Assembly: GCA_963514005.1 (NCBI GenBank)
Contig: OY740807.1
Coordinates: forward strand, 1,488,001-1,552,000
Length of the DNA stretch: 64,000 bases
Direction: 5' to 3'
Source: Raja brachyura
Taxonomy: Eukaryota
Under the pieces are notes generated by a model. That model did not search any database, was not told the origin of the DNA, and worked only from the letters and a program-made list of their open reading frames with translations. The number at the start of each line of letters is the position of its first letter. The stretch's first letter is position 1. Below are positions 58,902-64,000 of the stretch, piece after piece. A program made the translations under genes and the position numbers.

Positions 58902-61900
58902 TTGCTTCAGATGTGATAGAATTGGAGGGACCCGAGGTGGAGGTGTTGCATTGCTTGTCAGAGAAGATATTACAGCAGTGATTTGGCAGGATAGATTCGA
59001 GGGCTCGTCTAGGGAGGCTATTTGGGTGGAACTGAGAAGTGGGAACGGTGTAGCAACACTTTTAGGGGTGTATTATAGACCGCCAAATGGGGAGCGAGAA
59101 TTGGAAGATCAAATATGTAAGGAGATAGCAGATATTAGTAGTAAGCACAAGGTAGGGATTGTGAGAGATTTCAATTTTCCAAAAATAGACTGGGAAACAC
59201 ATTCTGTAAATGGGCTGGATGGTTTGGAGTTTGTAAAATGTGTGCAGATAGTTTTTTGCAGCAATACATAGAGGTATCGACCAGAGAAGGGGCAGTGCTG
59301 GACCTCCTGTTAGGAAATGAGGCAGGTCAGGTGACAGAGGTATGCGTTGGTGAGCACTTTGGGACCAGTGATTACAATACCATTAGTTTCAATATAATTA
59401 TGGAAAGAGTCAGAACTGTACCTAGGGTTGAGATTTTTGATTGGAGAAAGGCTAACTTTGAGGGAATGCATAAGGATTTAAAAGGAGTGAATTGGGACAT
59501 TTTGTTTTATGGGAAGGATGTAGAAGAGAAATGGAAGACATTTAAAGGGGAAATTGTAAGAGTACAGAATCTTTATGTCCCTGTTCGGTTGAAAGGAAAT
59601 AGTAAAAATTGGAAAGAGCCATGGTTTTCAAGGGAAATTGGACACTTGGTTCGAAAAAGAGAGATATCTACAATTATTATAGGAGGCATGGACTAAATGA
59701 GGTGCTAGAGGAGCATAAAGAGTATAAAAGGTTAGCCGGGAGGTGGTGTTGGGTAAATTGAACGGATTGAAGGCCGATAAATCCCCAGGGCCAGATAGTC
59801 TGCATCCCAGAGTACTCAAGGAGGTAGCCACAGAAATAGTGGATGCATTAGTGATAATTTTTCAAAATTCCTTAGATTCTGGAGTAGTTCCTGAGGATTG
59901 GAGGGTAGCTAATGTAACCCCACTTTTTAAAAAAGGAGGGAGAGAGAAAGCGGGGAATTACAGACCAGTTAGTCTAACATCGGTAGTGGGGAAACTGCTA
60001 GAGTCAGTTATTAAAGATGGGATAGCAGCGCATTTGGAAAGTGGTGAAATCATTGGACAAAGTCAGCATGGATTTACGAAAGGTAAATCATGTCTGACAA
60101 ATCTGATAGAATTTTTCGAGGATGTAACTAGTAGAGTGGATAAGGGAGAACCAGTGGATGTGTTATATCTAGACTTTCAGAAGGCTTTCGACAAGGTCCC
60201 GCATAAGAGATTAGCATACAAACTTAAAGCACACGGTATTGCGGGTTCAGTATTGATGTGGATAGAGAACTGGCTAGCAGACAGGAGGCAAAGGGTAGGA
60301 GTAAACGGGTCCTTTTCAGAATGGCAGGCAGTGACTAGTGGGGTGCCGCAAGGCTCAGTGCTGGGACCCCAGCTATTTACAATATATATTAATGATTTGG
60401 ACGAGGGAATTCAATGCAACATCTCCAAATTTGCAGATGATACCAAGCTGGGGGGTATAGTTAGGTGTGAGGAGGATGCTTGGAGGCTGCAGGGTGATTT
60501 GGATAGGCTGAGTGAATGGGCAGATGCATGGCAGATGCAGTACAATGTGGATAAATGTGAGGTTATCCACTTTGGTGGCAAAAACATGAGGGTAGACTAT
60601 TATCTGAATGGTGGCAGATTAGGTAAGGGGGAGATGCAACGAGACCTGGGTGTCATGGTACACCAGTCATTGAAAGTAGGCATGCAGGTGCAGCAGGCAG
60701 TGAAGAAAGCAAATGGTATGTTAGCATTCATAGCGAAAGGATTTGAGTTTAGGAGCAGGGAGGTTCTACTGCAGTTGTACAGGGTTTTGGTGAGGCCACA
60801 CCTGGAGTACTGCGTACAGTTTTGGTCTCCAAATCTGAGGAAAGACATCCTTGCCATAGAGGGGGTACAGAGAAGATTCACCAGACTGATTCCTGGGATG
60901 TCAGGACTTTCATATGAGGAAAGATTGGATAGACTCGGTTTGTACTCGATGGAATTTAGAAGATTGAGGGGGGATCTTATAGAAACCTACAAAATTCTTA
61001 AGGGGTTGGACAAGCTAGATGCTGGGAGATTGTTCCCGATGTTGGGGGAGTCCAGAACAAGGGGTCACAGTCTAAGGATAAGGGGGAATTCCTTTAGGAC
61101 CGAAATGAGGAAAACATTCTTTACACAGAGAGTGGTGAGTCTCTGGAATTCTCTGCCACAGAAGGTAGTTGAGGCCAGTTCATTGGCTATATTTAAGAGG
61201 GCGTTAGATGTGGCACTTGTGGCTAAAGGGATCAGGGGGTATGGAGAGAAGGCAGGTACGGGATACTGAGTTGGATGATCAGCCATGATCACATTGAATG
61301 GCGGTGCAGGCTCGAAGGGCCGAATGGCCTACTCCTGCACCTATTTTCTATGTTTCTATGTTTCTATGTAAAAAGAATCTTAAGAAAGAAATTAGAAAAG
61401 CTAAGAGGTTGCTTTGGCAAGAAAGTTGAAAGTAAATCCAAAGGGTTTCTACAGCTATATAATTAGCAAAAGGATAACGAGGGATAAAATTGGACCATTA
61501 GAGAGCCAGAATGCACAGCTATCTACAGAGCCAAAAGAGATGGGGGAGATATTAAACAATTTCTTTTCTTCGGTATTCACCAAGGTGAAGGATATTGAAC
61601 TCTGTGAGGTACGGGAAAAAAGTAGAGTAGCTATGGAAACTATGAGATTCAAAGAGGAGGAAGTACTGACACTTTTGAAAAATATAAAAGTGGATAAGTC
61701 TCCAGGTCCTGACAGGATATTCCCTAGGACATTGAGGGAAGTCAGTGTAGAAATAGCAGGGGCTATGACAGAAATATTTCAAATGTCATTAGAAATGGGA
61801 ATAGTGCCGGAGGATTGGCGTACTGCGCATGTTGTTCCATTGTTTTAAAAGGGTTCAAAGAATAAACCTAGCAATTATAGACCTGTTAGTTTGACGTCAG

Positions 61901-63274
61901 TGGTGGGCAACTTAATGTAAAGGATACTTTGAGATAATATATATAAGCATCTGGATAAACTGGGTCAGATCAGGAACAGTCAACATGGATTTGTGCCTGG
62001 AAGGTCATGTTTGACAAAACGTCTTGTATTTTTTGAAGAGGTTACTAGGGAAATTGATGAGGGTAAAGCATTAGATGTTGTCTATATGGATTTCAGTAAG
62101 ACCTTTGACAAGTTTCCTCATGGAAGGTTGGTTATGCAGGTTCAATCTTGGGCTGTTAATGGCGGAGTAGCAAGATGGATTCAACATTGGCTGAATGGGA
62201 GATGCCAGAGAGTAATGGTGGATGGCTGTTTGTCAGGTTGGAAGCCGGTGAACATTGGGGTGCCTCAGGATCTGTGTTGGGTTCACTGTTGTTTGTAATG
62301 TACATCAATGATCTGAATAATGGGGTGGAAAATTGGATAAGTAAGTATGCAGATGATACTAAGATAGGTGGTGTTGTGGATAATGAAGTAGATTTTCAAA
62401 GTCTACAGAGAGATTTGGGCCATTTGGAAGAGTGGGCTGAAAGATGGCAGATGGAGTTTAATGCTGATAAGTGTGAGGTGCTACATCTTGGCAGGACAAA
62501 TCAAAATAGGACGTACATGGTAAATGGTGGGGAATTAAGGAATGCTGTGGAACAGAGGGATCTAGGAATAACTGTGCATAGTTCCCTGAAGGTGGAATCG
62601 CATGTAGATAGGGTGGTAAAGAAAGCTTTTAGTGTGCTGGCCTTTAAAAATCAGAGCATTGAATATCGGAGTAGGGAAGTAATGTTAAAATTGTACAAGG
62701 CATTGGTGAGACCAATTCTGGAGTATGGTGTACAATTTTGGTCGCCTAATTATAGGAAGGATGTCAACAAAATAGAGAAAGTACAGAGGAGATTTACTAG
62801 AATGTTGCCTGGGTTCCAGCAACTAAATTACAGAGAAAGGTTGAACAAGTTAGGTCTTTATTCTTTGGAGTGCAGAAGGTTAAGTGGGGACTTGATTGAG
62901 GTCTTTAAAATGATTAAAGGGATAGACAGTTGACGTGGATAAGCTTTTCCCACTGAGGGTAGGGAAGATTCAAACAAGAGGGCATGACATGAGAATAAAG
63001 GGAATGAAGTTTAAAGGTAACATGAGGGGGAACTTCTTTACTAAGAGAGTGGTGGCTGTGTGGAATGATCTTCCAGCAGAAATGGTGGAGGCAGGATCGA
63101 TTTTAACATTTAAAAGTAAAGTGGATAGGTATATGGACGGGAAGGGAATAGAGGGGTATGGTCTGATTGCAGGTAGATGGGACTAGGGGAAAATAAATGT
63201 TCGGCACGGACTGGAAGGGCCGAGATGGCCTGTTTCCGTGCTGTAATTGTTATATGGTTATATGGTTACATGGT
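58902..63274 (+). mobile_element. CR1 LINE (family A) from APE to 3' tail, itself interrupted
   Basis: Motifs GVYYRPPN, LDLLLGN, KSPGPD, YADD. (TATGGTTA)n tail. Confidence 0.9.
59730..61368 (+). mobile_element. Young 5'-truncated CR1 LINE (family B) with an open 508-codon RT frame (59743-61269)
   Basis: Uninterrupted ORF and (TTCTATGT)n tail. The host frame KEYK|KNLKKEIRKAK rejoins across it. Confidence 0.92.
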
Positions 63275-63881
63275 TACAGGGCAATCTTGGAAGAAAACCT
63301 GTCGGAGTCTGCAAAAGACTTGAAACTGGGGCGGAGGTTCACCTTCCAGCAGGACAACGACCCTAAACATACAGCCAGAGCTACAATGGAATGGTTTAGA
63401 TCAAAGCATATTCATGTGTTCGAATGGCCCAGTCAAAGTCCAGACCTAAATCCAATTGAGAATCTCCGGCTAGACTTGAAAATTGCTGTTCACAGACGCT
63501 CTCCATCCAATAGCTTGAGCTATTTTGCAAAGAAGAATGGGCAAAAATGTCAGTCTCTAGATGTGCAAAGCTGGTAGAGACATACCCCCAAAAGACTTGC
63601 AGCTGTAATTGCAGCGAAAGGTGGCTCTACAAAGTGTTGGCTCAGGGGGGCAGAATACTTTTGCACACCACACTTTCAGTTTTATATTTGTAATAAAATT
63701 TGGAAACCATGTATCATTTTCCTTCCACTTCACAATTATGCACCACTTTGTGTTGGTCTATCACATAAAATCCCAATAAAATACGTTTACGTTTGTGGTT
63801 GTAACGTGACAAAATGTGGAAACGTTCAAGGCGTATGAAAACTTTCGCAAGCCACTGTATATCTAAAATCCATTCAATCCA

Positions 63882-64000
63882 GGGGTGGCGTGGCAGTTGA
63901 GCTACTGCCAGAGACCCGGGTTCGATCCTGACTACGGATACTTGTCTGTACGGAATTAGTACGTTCTCCCCACGAGCTGCGTAGGTTTTCCTCTCGATCT
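63882..64000 (+). mobile_element. V-SINE 5' part, running off the window
   Basis: GCCAGAGACCCGGGTTCGATCCTGAC contains a pol III B box. Homologous to the other SINE copies. Confidence 0.65.

Larger units (their letters stand above)
57806..63857 (+). mobile_element. Second Tc1 DD34E copy, split by a 4.4-kb nested CR1 block
   Basis: TA-CAGTG...CACTG-TA termini. Transposase 58179-58828 resumes at ~63276 (GAKY|RAILEENL). Confidence 0.93.

Overview
Eukaryotic genomic DNA from a cartilaginous fish, most likely a skate or ray (inferred from the light-chain type and the CR1/V-SINE/Penelope repeat families). The only host gene is a minus-strand immunoglobulin light-chain minicluster of the sigma-cart / type I (NS5-like) class: leader exon 39559-39607, a V-J exon already joined with no RSS at 38831-39183, and a C exon at 36989-37317. 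As given, the V exon has an FR1 frameshift, so this copy looks like a pseudogene. Nearly everything else is nested transposable elements. There is an apparently intact 4.78-kb DIRS tyrosine-recombinase retrotransposon (11942-16724; gag-like, RT-RNaseH-methyltransferase and YR ORFs, with ITR/ICR termini) inside an older DIRS copy, which lies inside a decayed Gypsy element. Also present are a full-length decayed L1 with a 15-bp TSD (hosting a third DIRS and a Penelope element with hammerhead motifs), two Tc1 DD34E elements, many CR1 and Rex1/Babar LINE pieces, V-SINEs and MITEs. The most novel-looking inference is that this DIRS family makes its recombinase by splicing: a conserved ATG GAG|GT donor at the start of pol joins in frame to a CAG| acceptor at the end of pol, in front of a YR ORF whose N-terminal region has no ATG. 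Family names come from motif recognition only; no database searches were run.
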